Assembly: GCF_028641065.1 (NCBI RefSeq)
Contig: NC_073406.1
Span: forward strand, 6,572,001-6,636,000
Source: Leucoraja erinacea
Taxonomy: Eukaryota
Length of the DNA stretch: 64,000 nt
Direction: 5' to 3'
Within the stretch, counting starts at the first letter, position 1. Each line of letters opens with the position of its first letter. The position numbers and the translations under genes were made by a program. The notes under the pieces were generated by a model, which saw only the letters and a program-made list of their open reading frames with translations, ran no database searches and had not been told where the DNA came from. Positions 1 through 15,000 of this stretch are shown here, in pieces.

Positions 1-3000
1 CTGACCGTGTTTCAGCTGTGGACAATGTGGCTGCTGATGCCTGTCTACCATTCGGTGTTGGTGAGGAAAATTCTGTTGTGGATGAGCCTTCTGTTGTGCG
101 TGGGTAGGTTACTGATGGAGGCTCCGTTTCCTTTGAGATTGGTGTTGTTAAATGTGTTTCTGTTGTCAAAATAGTTTCTGTTGAAGCTTGTGTTGTCTTT
201 GGATATGCCGATGTAAAAGGTTCCTGTGTATTTGTCTGACGTGTTTCAGGTGAGGAGACAGTGATCGATGATTCTTCTGTAGTTGGATGTGATACTGTTG
301 CAGATTTGTTGGAGGATGTGATTTGCGATGATTGAGAATAAGTTACCGCTGAGCTCCCAGTGACCAAAGGTGATGTTGTTGCTGTTGCGAGGGTTTTTGA
401 TGAGGACGCACTTTCTGAGGGAATTTCTGATGTTGTTCCATGAGTTTGTGTTGACTGCTCTGTACTTGATGATTCATGTGCTGTTGGCTGTCTTTCTGAA
501 GGGGACATTGTGATTCGAGATGCCTCTGTAGTTGGATGGGATTCCAATGAAGTTTCAGTTGTCACTGATGCTTGTGCAGATGTTGAACGTGTTTCTGATG
601 GGGATTGAGTAACCAATGAAAATGATGAGCTTGTGGAGTGGGATTCAACTGGCGACACAGTGACTGATGAAACTTCTGTTGAACTTTGATGTGTTTGCGT
701 TGAATGCTGTGTGCTTGACGATTCCACTGTTGTCGGGTGTGTTTCTGATGAAGGTTTGTTTGTGGATGTTTGTGTTGTTGGATAGGTCTCTGCTGAGGAC
801 TGAGTTGGTGATGATAGTGGTGTTGTTGTTAGGTGGTTTTCAGATGGGGACACACTAACAGATGAAGCAGATGTCAATGTTGGATATGCTGTTGTTGGAA
901 GCTCTGTTGATGATGATTCCTGTAATGTTGTTGGATGTGTTTTTGATGAGGACAAGGAGCTTGAAGGCACTTCTGTGGTCTGATGGCTCTCTGAGGGTGA
1001 TTCAGTTTTTGATGAAACCGGGGTCGAACTGGAGTATGTTTCTGTTGAGGACTCAGTTACCTGTGATAAACCTGATGTTGTTAAATGTGTTTCTGAAGAG
1101 GACTCAGTGACTGATGAAACATTGGTTGTGCTTGGATTGGATTGTGATGATAGTTCAGTTCTTGAAGATTGCTGGGTTTTTGGAGTTGTTTCCAGAGAGG
1201 ATGTGGCCATCGTGGATGCTGCTATTGTAGGATGTGATTCTGATGAAGGTTCTGTTGTTGAGGAAGCTTTCACTGATGTGGAATATGATTCCGATGAGGA
1301 ATGTGTTGTGACTGAAAATTGCGTTGTAAAATGTGGTTCTGAAACAGTCACACTTTCTGAAGAATTCTGTGTCGTGTTTGCATTGGTTTGTGTTGAATGC
1401 TCCGTTCTTATTGATTCCTGCGTTTTCTGACCGTGTTTCAGCTGTGGACAATGTGGCTGCTGATGCCTGTCTACCATTCGGTGTTGGTGAGGAAAATTCT
1501 GTTGTGGATGAGCCTTCTGTTGTGCGTGGGTAGGTTACTGATGGAGGCTCCGTTTCCTTTGAGATTGGTGTTGTTAAATGTGTTTCTGTTGTCAAAATAG
1601 TTTCTGTTGAAGCTTGTGTTGTCTTTGGATATGCCGATGTAAAAGGTTCCTGTGTATTTGTCTGACGTGTTTTAGGTGAGGAGGACAGTGATCGATGATT
1701 CTTCTGTAGTTGGATGTGATACTGTTGCAGATTTGTTGGAGGATGTGATTTGCGATGATTGAGAATAAGTTACCGCTGAGCTCCCAGTGACCAAAGGTGA
1801 CGTTGTTGCTGTTGCGAGGGTTTTTGATGAGGACGCACTTTCTGAGGGAATTTCTGATGTTGTTCCATGAGTTTGTGTTGACTGCTCTGTACTTGATGAT
1901 TCATGTGCTGTTGGCTGTCTTTCTGAAGGGGACATTGTGATTCGAGATGCCTCTGTAGTTGGATGGGATTCCAATGAAGTTTCAGTTGTCACTGATGCTT
2001 GTGCAGATGTTGAACGTGTTTCTGATGGGGATTGAGTAACCAATGAAAATGATGAGCTTGTGGAGTGGGATTCAACTGGCGACACAGTGACTGATGAAAC
2101 TTCTGTTGAGCTTTGATGTGTTTGCGTTGAATGCTGTGTGCTTGACGATTCCACTGTTGTCGGGTGTGTTTTCTGATGAAGGTTTGTTTGTGGATGTTTG
2201 TGTTGTTGGATAGGTCTCTGCTGAGGACTGAGTTGGCGATGATAGTGGTGTTGTTGTTAGGTAGGTTTCAGATGGGGACACACTAACAGATGAAGCAGAT
2301 GTCAATGTTGGATATGCTGTTGTTGGAAGCTCTGTTGATGATGATTCCTGTAATGTTGTTGGATGTGTTTTTGATGAGGACAAGGAGCTTGAAGGCACTT
2401 CTGTGGTCTGATGGCTCTCTGAGGGTGATTCAGTTTTTGATGAAACCGGCGTCGAACTGGAGTATGTTTCTGTTGAGGACTCAGTTACCTGTGATAAACT
2501 TGATGTTGTTAAATGTGTTTCTGAAGAGGACTCAGTGACTGATGAAACATTGGTTGTGCTTGGATTGGATTGTGATGATAGTTCAGTTCTTGAAGATTGC
2601 TGGGTTTTTGGAGTTGTTTCCAGAGAGGATGTGGCCATCGTGGATGCTGCTATTGTAGGATGTGATTCTGATGAAGGTTCTGTTGTTGAGGAAGCTTTCA
2701 CTGATGTGGAATATGATTCCGATGAGGAATGTGTTGTGACTGAAAATTGCGTTGTAAAATGTGGTTCTGAAACAGTCACACTTTCTGAAGAATTCTGTGT
2801 CGTGTTTGCATTGGTTTGTGTTGAATGCTCCGTTCTTATTGATTCCTGCGTTTCTGACCGTGTTTCAGCTGTGGACAATGTGGCTGCTGATGCCTGTCTA
2901 CCATTCGGTGTTGGTGAGGAAAATTCTGTTGTGGATGAGCCTTCTGTTGTGCGTGGGTAGGTTACTGATGGAGGCTCCGTTTCCTTTGAGATTGGTGTTG

Positions 3001-6000
3001 TTAAATGTGTTTCTGTTGTCAAAATAGTTTCTGTTGAAGCTTGTGTTGTCTTTGGATATGCCGATGTAAAAGGTTCCTGTGTATTTGTCTGACGTGTTTC
3101 AGGTGAGGAGACAGTGATCGATGATTCTTCTGTAGTTGGATGTGATACTGTTGCAGATTTGTTGGAGGATGTGATTTGCGATGATTGAGAATAAGTTACC
3201 GCTGAGCTCCCAGTGACCAAAGGTGACGTTGTTGCTGTTGCGAGGGTTTTTGATGATGACGCACTTTCCGAGGGAATTTCTGATGTTGTTCCATGAGTTT
3301 GTGTTGACTGCTCTGTACTTGATGATTCATGTGCTGTTGGCTGTCTTTCTGAAGGGGACATTGTGATTCGAGATGCCTCTGTAGTTGGATGGGATTCCAA
3401 TGAAGTTTCAGTTGCCACTGATGCTTGTGCAGATGTTGAACGTGTTTCTGATGGGGATTGAGTAAACAATGAAAATGATGAGCTTGTGGAGTGGGATTCA
3501 ACTGGCGACACAGTGACTGATGAAACTTCTGTTGAGCTTTGATGTGTTTGCGTTGAATGCTGTGTGCTTGACGATTCCACTGTTGTCGGGTGTGTTTCTG
3601 ATGAAGGTTTGTTTGTGGATGTTTGTGTTGTTGGATAGGTCTCTGCTGAGGACTGAGTTGGCGATGATAGTGGTGTTGTTGTTAGGTGGGTTTCAGATGG
3701 GGACACACTAACAGATGAAGCAGATGTCAATGTTGGATATGCTGTTGTTGGAAGCTCTGTTGATGATGATTCCTGTAATGTTGTTGGATGTGTTTTTGAT
3801 GAGGACAAGGAGCTTGAAGGCACTTCTGTGGTCTGATGGCTCTCTGAGGGTGATTCAGTTTTTGATGAAACCGGCGTCGAACTGGAGTATGTTTCTGTTG
3901 AGGACTCAGTTACCTGTGATAAACTTGATGTTGTTAAATGTGTTTCTGAAGAGGACTCAGTGACTGATGAAACATTGGTTGTGCTTGGATTGGATTGTGA
4001 TGATAGTTCAGTTCTTGAAGATTGCTGGGTTTTTGGAGTTGTTTCCAGAGAGGATGTGGCCATCGTGGATGCTGCTATTGTAGGATGTGATTCTGATGAA
4101 GGTTCTGTTGTTGAGGAAGCTTTCACTGATGTGGAATATGATTCCGATGAGGAATGTGTTGTGACTGAAAATTGCGTTGTAAAATGTGGTTCTGAAACAG
4201 TCACACTTTCTGAAGAATTCTGTGTCGTGTTTGCATTGGTTTGTGTTGAATGCTCCGTTCTTATTGATTCCTGCGTTTCTGACCGTGTTTCAGCTGTGGA
4301 CAATGTGGCTGCTGATGCCTGTCTACCATTCGGTGTTGGTGAGGAAAATTCTGTTGTGGATGAGCCTTCTGTTGTGCGTGGGTAGGTTACTGATGGAGGC
4401 TCCGTTTCCTTTGAGATTGGTGTTGTTAAATGTGTTTCTGTTGTCAAAATAGTTTCTGTTGAAGCTTGTGTTGTCTTTGGATATGCCGATGTAAAAGGTT
4501 CCTGTGTATTTGTCTGACGTGTTTCAGGTGAGGAGACAGTGATCGATGATTCTTCTGTAGTTGGATGTGATACTGTTGCAGATTTGTTGGAGGATGTGAT
4601 TTGCGATGATTGAGAATAAGTTACCGCTGAGCTCCCAGTGACCAAAGGTGACGTTGTTGCTGTTGCGAGGGTTTTTGATGAGGACGCACTTTCTGAGGGA
4701 ATTTCTGATGTTGTTCCATGAGTTTGTGTTGACTGCTCTGTACTTGATGATTCATGTGCTGTTGGCTGTCTTTCTGAAGGGGACATTGTGATTCGAGATG
4801 CCTCTGTAGTTGGATGGGATTCCAATGAAGTTTCAGTTGTCACTGATGCTTGTGCAGATGTTGAACGTGTTTCTGATGGGGATTGAGTAACCAATGAAAA
4901 TGCTGAGCGTGTGGAGTGGGATTCAACTGGCGACACAGTGACTGATGAAACTTCCGTTGAGCTTTGATGTGTTTGCGTTGAATGCTGTGTGCTTGACGAT
5001 TCCACTGTTGTCGGGTGTGTTTCTGATGAAGGTTTGTTTGTGGATGTTTGTGTTGTTGGATAGGTCTCTGCTGAGGACTGAGTTGGCGATGATAGTGGTG
5101 TTGTTGTTAGGTGGGTTTCAGATGGGGACACACTAACAGATGAAGCAGATGTCAATGTTGGATATGCTGTTGTTGGAAGCTCTGTTGATGATGATTCCTG
5201 TAATGTTGTTGGATGTGTTTTTGATGAGGACAAGGAGCTTGAAGGCACTTCTGTGGTCTGATGGCTCTCTGAGGGTGATTCAGTTTTTGATGAAACCGGC
5301 GTCGAACTGGAGTATGTTTCTGTTGAGGACTCAGTTACCTGTGATAAACTTGATGTTGTTAAATGTGTTTCTGAAGAGGACTCAGTGACTGATGAAACAT
5401 TGGTTGTGCTTGGATTGGATTGTGATGATAGTTCAGTTCTTGAAGATTGCTGGGTTTTTGGAGTTGTTTCCAGAGAGGATGTGGCCATCGTGGATGCTGC
5501 TATTGTAGGATGTGATTCTGATGAAGGTTCTGTTGTTGAGGAAGCTTTCACTGATGTGGAATATGATTCCGATGAGGAATGTGTTGTGACTGAAAATTGC
5601 GTTGTAAAATGTGGTTCTGAAACAGTCACACTTTCTGAAGAATTCTGTGTCGTGTTTGCATTGGTTTGTGTTGAATGCTCCGTTCTTATTGATTCCTGCG
5701 TTTCTGACCGTGTTTCAGCTGTGGACAATGTGGCTGCTGATGCCTGTCTACCATTCGGTGTTGGTGAGGAAAATTCTGTTGTGGATGAGCCTTCTGTTGT
5801 GCGTGGGTAGGTTACTGATGGAGGCTCCGTTTCCTTTGAGATTGGTGTTGTTAAATGTGTTTCTGTTGTCAAAATAGTTTCTGTTGAAGCTTGTGTTGTC
5901 TTTGGATATGCCGATGTAAAGGGTTCCTGTGTATTTGTCTGACGTGTTTCAGGTGAGGAGACAGTGATCGATGATTCTTCTGTAGTTGGATGTGATACTG

Positions 6001-9000
6001 TTGCAGATTTGTTGGAGGATGTGATTTGCGATGATTGAGAATAAGTTACCGCTGAGCTCCCAGTGACCAAAGGTGACGTTGTTGCTGTTGCGAGGGTTTT
6101 TGATGAGGACGCACTTTCTGAGGGAATTTCTGATGTTGTTCCATGAGTTTGTGTTGACTGCTCTGTACTTGATGATTCATGTGCTGTTGGCTGTCTTTCT
6201 GAAGGGGACATTGTGATTCGAGATGCCTCTGTAGTTGGATGGGATTCCAATGAAGTTTCAGTTGTCACTGATGCTTGTGCAGATGTTGAACGTGTTTCTG
6301 ATGGGGATTGAGTAACCAATGAAAATGATGAGCTTGTGGAGTGGGATTCAACTGGCGACACAGTGACTGATGAAACTTCTGTTGAACTTTGATGTGTTTG
6401 CGTTGAATGCTGTGTGCTTGACGATTCCACTGTTGTCGGGTGTGTTTCTGATGAAGGTTTGTTTGTGGATGTTTGTGTTGTTGGATAGGTCTCTGCTGAG
6501 GACTGAGTTGGCGATGATAGTGGTGTTGTTGTTAGGTGGGTTTCAGATGGGGACACACTAACAGATGAAGCAGATGTCAATGTTGGATATGCTGTTGTTG
6601 GAAGCTCTGTTGATGATGATTCCTGTAATGTTGTTGGATGTGTTTTTGATGAGGACAAGGAGCTTGAAGGCACTTCTGTGGTCTGATGGCTCTCTGAGGG
6701 TGATTCAGTTTTTGATGAAACCGGCGTCGAACTGGAGTATGTTTCTGTTGAGGACTCAGTTACCTGTGATAAACTTGATGTTGTTAAATGTGTTTCTGAA
6801 GAGGACTCAGTGACTGATGAAACATTGGTTGTGCTTGGATTGGATTGTGATGATAGTTCAGTTCTTGAAGATTGCTGGGTTTTTGGAGTTGTTTCCAGAG
6901 AGGATGTGGCCATCGTGGATGCTGCTATTGTAGGATGTGATTCTGATGAAGGTTCTGTTGTTGAGGAAGCTTTCACTGATGTGGAATATGATTCCGATGA
7001 GGAATGTGTTGTGACTGAAAATTGCGTTGTAAAATGTGGTTCTGAAACAGTCACACTTTCTGAAGAATTCTGTGTCGTGTTTGCATTGGTTTGTGTTGAA
7101 TGCTCCGTTCTTATTGATTCCTGCGTTTCTGACCGTGTTTCAGCTGTGGACAATGTGGCTGCTGATGCCTGTCTACCATTCGGTGTTGGTGAGGAAAATT
7201 CTGTTGTGGATGAGCCTTCTGTTGTGCGTGGGTAGGTTACTGATGGAGGCTCCGTTTCCTTTGAGATTGGTGTTGTTAAATGTGTTTCTGTTGTCAAAAT
7301 AGTTTCTGTTGAAGCTTGTGTTGTCTTTGGATATGCCGATGTAAAAGGTTCCTGTGTATTTGTCTGACGTGTTTCAGGTGAGGAGACAGTGATCGATGAT
7401 TCTTCTGTAGTTGGATGTGATACTGTTGCAGATTTGTTGGAGGATGTGATTTGCGATGATTGAGAATAAGTTACCGCTGAGCTCCCAGTGACCAAAGGTG
7501 ACGTTGTTGCTGTTGCGAGGATTTTTGATGAGGACGCACTTTCTGAGGGAATTTCTGATGTTGTTCCATGAGTTTGTGTTGACTGCTCTGTACTTGATGA
7601 TTCATGTGCTGTTGGCTGTCTTTCTGAAGGGGACATTGTGATTCGAGATGCCTCTGTAGTTGGATGGGATTCCAATGAAGTTTCAGTTGTCACTGATGCT
7701 TGTGCAGATGTTGAACGTGTTTCTGATGGGGATTGAGTAACCAATGAAAATGATGAGCTTGTGGAGTGGGATTCAACTGGCGACACAGTGACTGATGAAA
7801 CTTCCGTTGAGCTTTGATGTGTTTGCGTTGAATGCTGTGTGCTTGACGATTCCACTGTTGTCGGGTGTGTTTCTGATGAAGGTTTGTTTGTGGATGTTTG
7901 TGTTGTTGGATAGGTCTCTGCTGAGGACTGAGTTGGCGATGATAGTGGTGTTGTTGTTAGGTGGGTTTCAGATGGGGACACACTAACAGATGAAGCAGAT
8001 GTCAATGTTGGATATGCTGTTGTTGGAAGCTCTGTTGATGATGATTCCTGTAATGTTGTTGGATGTGTTTTTGATGAGGACAAGGAGCTTGAAGGCACTT
8101 CTGTGGTCTGATGGCTCTCTGAGGGTGATTCAGTTTTTGATGAAACTGGCGTCGAACTGGAGTATGTTTCTGTTGAGGACTCAGTTACCTGTGATAAACT
8201 TGATGTTGTTAAATGTGTTTCTGAAGAGGACTCAGTGACTGATGAAACATTGGTTGTGCTTGGATTGGATTGTGATGATAGTTCAGTTCTTGAAGATTGC
8301 TGGGTTTTTGGAGTTGTTTCCAGAGAGGATGTGGCCATCGTGGATGCTGCTATTGTAGGATGTGATTCTGATGAAGGTTCTGTTGTTGAGGAAGCTTTCA
8401 CTGATGTGGAATATGATTCCGATGAGGAATGTGTTGTGACTGAAAATTGCGTTGTAAAATGTGGTTCTGAAACAGTCACACTTTCTGAAGAATTCTGTGT
8501 CGTGTTTGCATTGGTTTGTGTTGAATGCTCCGTTCTTATTGATTCCTGCGTTTCTGACCGTGTTTCAGCTGTGGACAATGTGGCTGCTGATGCCTGTCTA
8601 CCATTCGGTGTTGGTGAGGAAAATTCTGTTGTGGATGAGCCTTCTGTTGTGCGTGGGTAGGGTTACTGATGGAGGCTCCGTTTCCTTTGAGATTGGTGTT
8701 GTTAAATGTGTTTCTGTTGTCAAAATAGTTTCTGTTGAAGCTTGTGTTGTCTTTGGATATGCCGATGTAAAAGGTTCCTGTGTATTTGTCTGACGTGTTT
8801 CAGGTGAGGAGACAGTGATCGATGATTCTTCTGTAGTTGGATGTGATACTGTTGCAGATTTGTTGGAGGATGTGATTTGCGATGATTGAGAATAAGTTAC
8901 CGCTGAGCTCCCAGTGACCAAAGGTGACGTTGTTGCTGTTGCGAGGGTTTTTGATGAGGACGCACTTTCTGAGGGAATTTCTGATGTTGTTCCATGAGTT

Positions 9001-12000
9001 TGTGTTGACTGCTCTGTACTTGATGATTCATGTGCTGTTGGCTGTCTTTCTGAAGGGGACATTGTGATTCGAGATGCCTCTGTAGTTGGATGGGATTCCA
9101 ATGAAGTTTCAGTTGTCACTGATGCTTGTGCAGATGTTGAACGTGTTTCTGATGGGGATTGAGTAACCAATGAAAATGATGAGCTTGTGGAGTGGGATTC
9201 AACTGGCGACACAGTGACTGATGAAACTTCTGTTGAGCTTTGATGTGTTTGCGTTGAATGCTGTGTGCTTGACGATTCCACTGTTGTCGGGTGTGTTTCT
9301 GATGAAGGTTTGTTTGTGGATGTTTGTGTTGTTGGATAGGTCTCTGCTGAGGACTGAGTTGGCGATGATAGTGGTGTTGTTGTTAGGTGGGTTTCAGATG
9401 GGGACACACTAACAGATGAAGCAGATGTCAATGTTGGATATGCTGTTGTTGGAAGCTCTGTTGATGATGATTCCTGTAATGTTGTTGGATGTGTTTTTGA
9501 TGAGGACAAGGAGCTTGAAGGCACTTCTGTGGTCTGATGGCTCTCTGAGGGTGATTCAGTTTTTGATGAAACCGGCGTCGAACTGGAGTATGTTTCTGTT
9601 GAGGACTCAGTTACCTGTGATAAACTTGATGTTGTTAAATGTGTTTCTGAAGAGGACTCAGTGACTGATGAAACATTGGTTGTGCTTGGATTGGATTGTG
9701 ATGATAGTTCAGTTCTTGAAGATTGCTGGGTTTTTGGAGTTGTTTCCAGAGAGGATGTGGCCATCGTGGATGCTGCTATTGTAGGATGTGATTCTGATGA
9801 AGGTTCTGTTGTTGAGGAAGCTTTCACTGATGTGGAATATGATTCCGATGAGGAATGTGTTGTGACTGAAAATTGCGTTGTAAAATGTGGTTCTGAAACA
9901 GTCACACTTTCTGAAGAATTCTGTGTCGTGTTTGCATTGGTTTGTGTTGAATGCTCCGTTCTTATTGATTCCTGCGTTTCTGACCGTGTTTCAGCTGTGG
10001 ACAATGTGGCTGCTGATGCCTGTCTACCATTCGGTGTTGGTGAGGAAAATTCTGTTGTGGATGAGCCTTCTGTTGTGCGTGGGTAGGTTACTGATGGAGG
10101 CTCCGTTTCCTTTGAGATTGGTGTTGTTAAATGTGTTTCTGTTGTCAAAATAGTTTCTGTTGAAGCTTGTGTTGTCTTTGGATATGCCGATGTAAAAGGT
10201 TCCTGTGTATTTGTCTGACGTGTTTCAGATGAGGAGATAGTGATCGATGATTCTTCTGTAGTTGGATGTGATACTGTTGCAGATTTGTTGGAGGATGTGA
10301 TTTGCGATGATTGAGAATAAGTTACCGCTGAGCTCCCAGTGACCAAAGGTGACGTTGTTGCTGTTGCGAGGGTTTTTGATGAGGACGCACTTTCTGAGGG
10401 AATTTCTGATGTTGTTCCATGAGTTTGTGTTGACTGCTCTGTACTTGATGATTCATGTGCTGTTGGCTGTCTTTCTGAAGGGGACATTGTGATTCGAGAT
10501 GCCTCTGTAGTTGGATGGGATTCCAATGAAGTTTCAGTTGTCACTGATGCTTGTGCAGATGTTGAACGTGTTTCTGATGGGGATTGAGTAACCAATGAAA
10601 ATGATGAGCTTGTGGAGTGGGATTCAACTGGCGACACAGTGACTGATGAAACTTCCGTTGAGCTTTGATGTGTTTGCGTTGAATGCTGTGTGCTTGACGA
10701 TTCCACTGTTGTCGGGTGTGTTTCTGATGAAGGTTTGTTTGTGGATGTTTGTGTTGTTGGATAGGTCTCTGCTGAGGACTGAGTTGGCGATGATAGTGGT
10801 GTTGTTGTTAGGTGGGTTTCAGATGGGGACACACTAACAGATGAAGCAGATGTCAATGTTGGATATGCTGTTGTTGGAAGCTCTGTTGATGATGATTCCT
10901 GTAATGTTGTTGGATGTGTTTTTGATGAGGACAAGGAGCTTGAAGGCACTTCTGTGGTCTGATGGCTCTCTGAGGGTGATTCAGTTTTTGATGAAACCGG
11001 CGTCGAACTGGAGTATGTTTCTGTTGAGGACTCAGTTACCTGTGATAAACTTGATGTTGTTAAATGTGTTTCTGAAGAGGACTGAGTGACTGATGAAACA
11101 TTGGTTGTGCTTGGATTGGATTGTGATGATAGTTCAGTTCTTGAAGATTGCTGGGTTTTTGGAGTTGTTTCCAGAGAGGATGTGGCCATCGTGGATGCTG
11201 CTATTGTAGGATGTGATTCTGATGAAGGTTCTGTTGTTGAGGAAGCTTTCACTGATGTGGAATATGATTCCGATGAGGAATGTGTTGTGACTGAAAATTG
11301 CGTTGTAAAATGTGGTTCTGAAACAGTCACACTTTCTGAAGAATTCTGTGTCGTGTTTGCATTGGTTTGTGTTGAATGCTCCGTTCTTATTGATTCCTGC
11401 GTTTCTGACCGTGTTTCAGCTGTGGACAATGTGGCTGCTGATGCCTGTCTACCATTCGGTGTTGGTGAGGAAAATTCTGTTGTGGATGAGCCTTCTGTTG
11501 TGCGTGGGTAGGTTACTGATGGAGGCTCCGTTTCCTTTGAGATTGGTGTTGTTAAATGTGTTTCTGTTGTCAAAATAGTTTCTGTTGAAGCTTGTGTTGT
11601 CTTTGGATATGACGATGTAAAAGGTTCCTGTGTATTTGTCTGACGTGTTTCAGATGAGGAGATAGTGATCGATGATTCTTCTGTAGTTGGATGTGATACT
11701 GTTGCAGATTTGTTGGAGGATGTGATTTGCGATGATTGAGAATAAGTTACCGCTGAGCTCCCAGTGACCAAAGGTGACGTTGTTGCTGTTGCGAGGGTTT
11801 TTGATGAGGACGCACTTTCTGAGGGAATTTCTGATGTTGTTCCATGAGTTTGTGTTGACTGCTCTGTACTTGATGATTCATGTGCTGTTGGCTGTCTTTC
11901 TGAAGGGGACATTGTGATTCGAGATGCCTCTGTAGTTGGATGGGATTCCAATGAAGTTTCAGTTGTCACTGATGCTTGTGCAGATGTTGAACGTGTTTCT

Positions 12001-15000
12001 GATGGGGATTGAGTAACCAATGAAAATGATGAGCTTGTGGAGTGGGATTCAACTGGCGACACAGTGACTGATGAAACTTCCGTTGAGCTTTGATGTGTTT
12101 GCGTTGAATGCTGTGTGCTTGACGATTCCACTGTTGTCGGGTGTGTTTCTGATGAAGGTTTGTTTGTGGATGTTTGTGTTGTTGGATAGGTCTCTGCTGA
12201 GGACTGAGTTGGCGATGATAGTGGTGTTGTTGTTAGGTGGGTTTCAGATGGGGACACACTAACAGATGAAGCAGATGTCAATGTTGGATATGCTGTTGTT
12301 GGAAGCTCTGTTGATGATGATTCCTGTAATGTTGTTGGATGTGTGTTTTGATGAGGACAAGGAGCTTGAAGGCACTTCTGTGGTCTGATGGCTCTCTGAG
12401 GGTGATTCAGTTTTTTGATGACACCGGCGTCGAACTGGAGTATGTTTCTGTTGAGGACTCAGTTACCTGTGATAAACTTGATGTTGTTAAATGTGTTTCT
12501 GAAGAGGACTCAGTGACTGATGAAACATTGGTTGTGCTTGGATTGGATTGTGATGATAGTTCAGTTCTTGAAGATTGCTGGGTTTTTGGAGTTGTTTCCA
12601 GAGAGGATGTGGCCATCGTGGATGCTGCTATTGTAGGATGTGATTCTGATGAAGGTTCTGTTGTTGAGGAAGCTTTCACTGATGTGGAATATGATTCCGA
12701 TGAGGAATGTGTTGTGACTGAAAATTGCGTTGTAAAATGTGGTTCTGAAACAGTCACACTTTCTGAAGAATTCTGTGTCGTGTTTGCATTGGTTTGTGTT
12801 GAATGCTCCGTTCTTATTGATTCCTGCGTTTCTGACCGTGTTTCAGCTGTGGACAATGTGGCTGCTGATGCCTGTCTACCATTCGGTGTTGGTGAGGAAA
12901 ATTCTGTTGTGGATGAGCCTTCTGTTGTGCGTGGGTAGGTTACTGATGGAGGCTCCGTTTCCTTTGAGATTGGTGTTGTTAAATGTGTTTCTGTTGTCAA
13001 AATAGTTTCTGTTGAAGCTTGTGTTGTCTTTGGATATGCCGATGTAAAAGGTTCCTGTGTATTTGTCTGACGTGTTTCAGGTGAGGAGACAGTGATCGAT
13101 GATTCTTCTGTAGTTGGATGTGATACTGTTGCAGATTTGTTGGAGGATGTGATTTGCGATGATTGAGAATAAGTTACCGCTGAGCTCCCAGTGACCAAAG
13201 GTGACGTTGTTGCTGTTGCGAGGGTTTTTGATGAGAACGCACTTTCTGAGGGAATTTCTGATGTTGTTCCATGAGTTTGTGTTGACTGATCGGTACTTGA
13301 TGATTCATGTGCTGTTGGCTGTCTTTCTGAAGGGGACATTGTTATTCGAGATGCCTCTGTAGTTGGATGGGATTCCGATGAAGTTTCAGTTGTCACTGAT
13401 GCTTGTGCAGATGTTGAACGTGTTTCTGATGGGGATTGAGTAACCAATGAAAATGATGAGCTTGTGGAGTGGGATTCAACTGGCGACACAGTGACTGATG
13501 AAACTTCTGTTGAACTTTGATGTGTTTGCGTTGAATGCTGTGTGCTTGACGATTCCACTGTTGTCGGGTGTGTTTCTAATGAAGGTTTGTTTGTGGATGT
13601 TTGTATTGTTGGATAGGTCTCTGCTGAGGACTGAGTTGGCGATGATAGTGGTGTTGTTGTTAGGTGGGTTTCAGATGGGGACACACTAACAGATGAAGCA
13701 GATGTCAATGTTGGATATGCTGTTGTTGGAAGCTCTGTTGATGATGATTCCTGTAATGTTGTTGGATGTGTTTTTGATGAGGACAAGGAGCTTGAAGGCA
13801 CTTCTGTGGTCTGATGGCTCTCTGAGGGTGATTCAGTTTTTGATGAAACCGGCGTCGAACTGGAGTATGTTTCTGTTGAGGACTCAGTTACCTGTGATAA
13901 ACTTGATGTTGTTAAATGTGTTTCTGAAGAGGACTCAGTGACTGATGAAACATTGGTTGTGCTTGGATTGGATTGTGATGATAGTTCAGTTCTTGAAGAT
14001 TGCTGGGTTTTTGGAGTTGTTTCCAGAGAGGATGTGGCCATCGTGGATGCTGCTATTGTAGGATGTGATTCTGATGAAGGTTCTGTTGTTGAGGAAGCTT
14101 TCACTGATGTGGAATATGATTCCGATGAGGAATGTGTTGTGACTGAAAATTGCGTTGTAAAATGTGGTTCTGAAACAGTCACACTTTCTGAAGAATTCTG
14201 TGTCGTGTTTGCATTGGTTTGTGTTGAATGCTCCGTTCTTATTGATTCCTGCGTTTCTGACCGTGTTTCAGCTGTGGACAATGTGGCTGCTGATGCCTGT
14301 CTGCCATTCGGTGTTGGTGAGGAAAATTCTGTTGTGGATGAGCCTTCTGTTGTGCGTGGGTAGGTTACTGATGGAGGCTCCGTTTCCTTTGAGATTGGTG
14401 TTGTTAAATGTGTTTCTATTGTCAAAATAGTTTCTGTTGAAGCTTGTGTTGTCTTTGGATATGCCGATGTAAAAGGTTCCTGTGTATTTGTCTGACGTGT
14501 TTCAGGTGAGGAGACAGTGATCGATGATTCTTCTGTAGTTGGATGTGATACTGTTGCAGATTTGTTGGAGGATGTGATTTGCGATGATTGAGAATAAGTT
14601 ACCGCTGAGCTCCCAGTGACCAAAGGTGACGTTGTTGCTGTTGCGAGGGTTTTTGATGAGGACGCACTTTCTGAGGGAATTTCTGATGTTGTTCCATGAG
14701 TTTGTGTTGACTGCTCTGTACTTGATGATTCATGTGCTGTTGGCTGTCTTTCTGAAGGGGACATTGTGATTCGAGATGCCTCTGTAGTTGGATGGGATTC
14801 CAATGAAGTTTCAGTTGTCACTGATGCTTGTGCAGATGTTGAACGTGTTTCTGATGGGGATTGAGTAACCAATGAAAATGATGAGCTTGTGGAGTGGGAT
14901 TCAACTGGCGACACAGTGACTGATGAAACTTCCGTTGAGCTTTGATGTGTTTGCGTTGAATGCTGTGTGCTTGACGATTCCACTGTTGTCGGGTGTGTTT

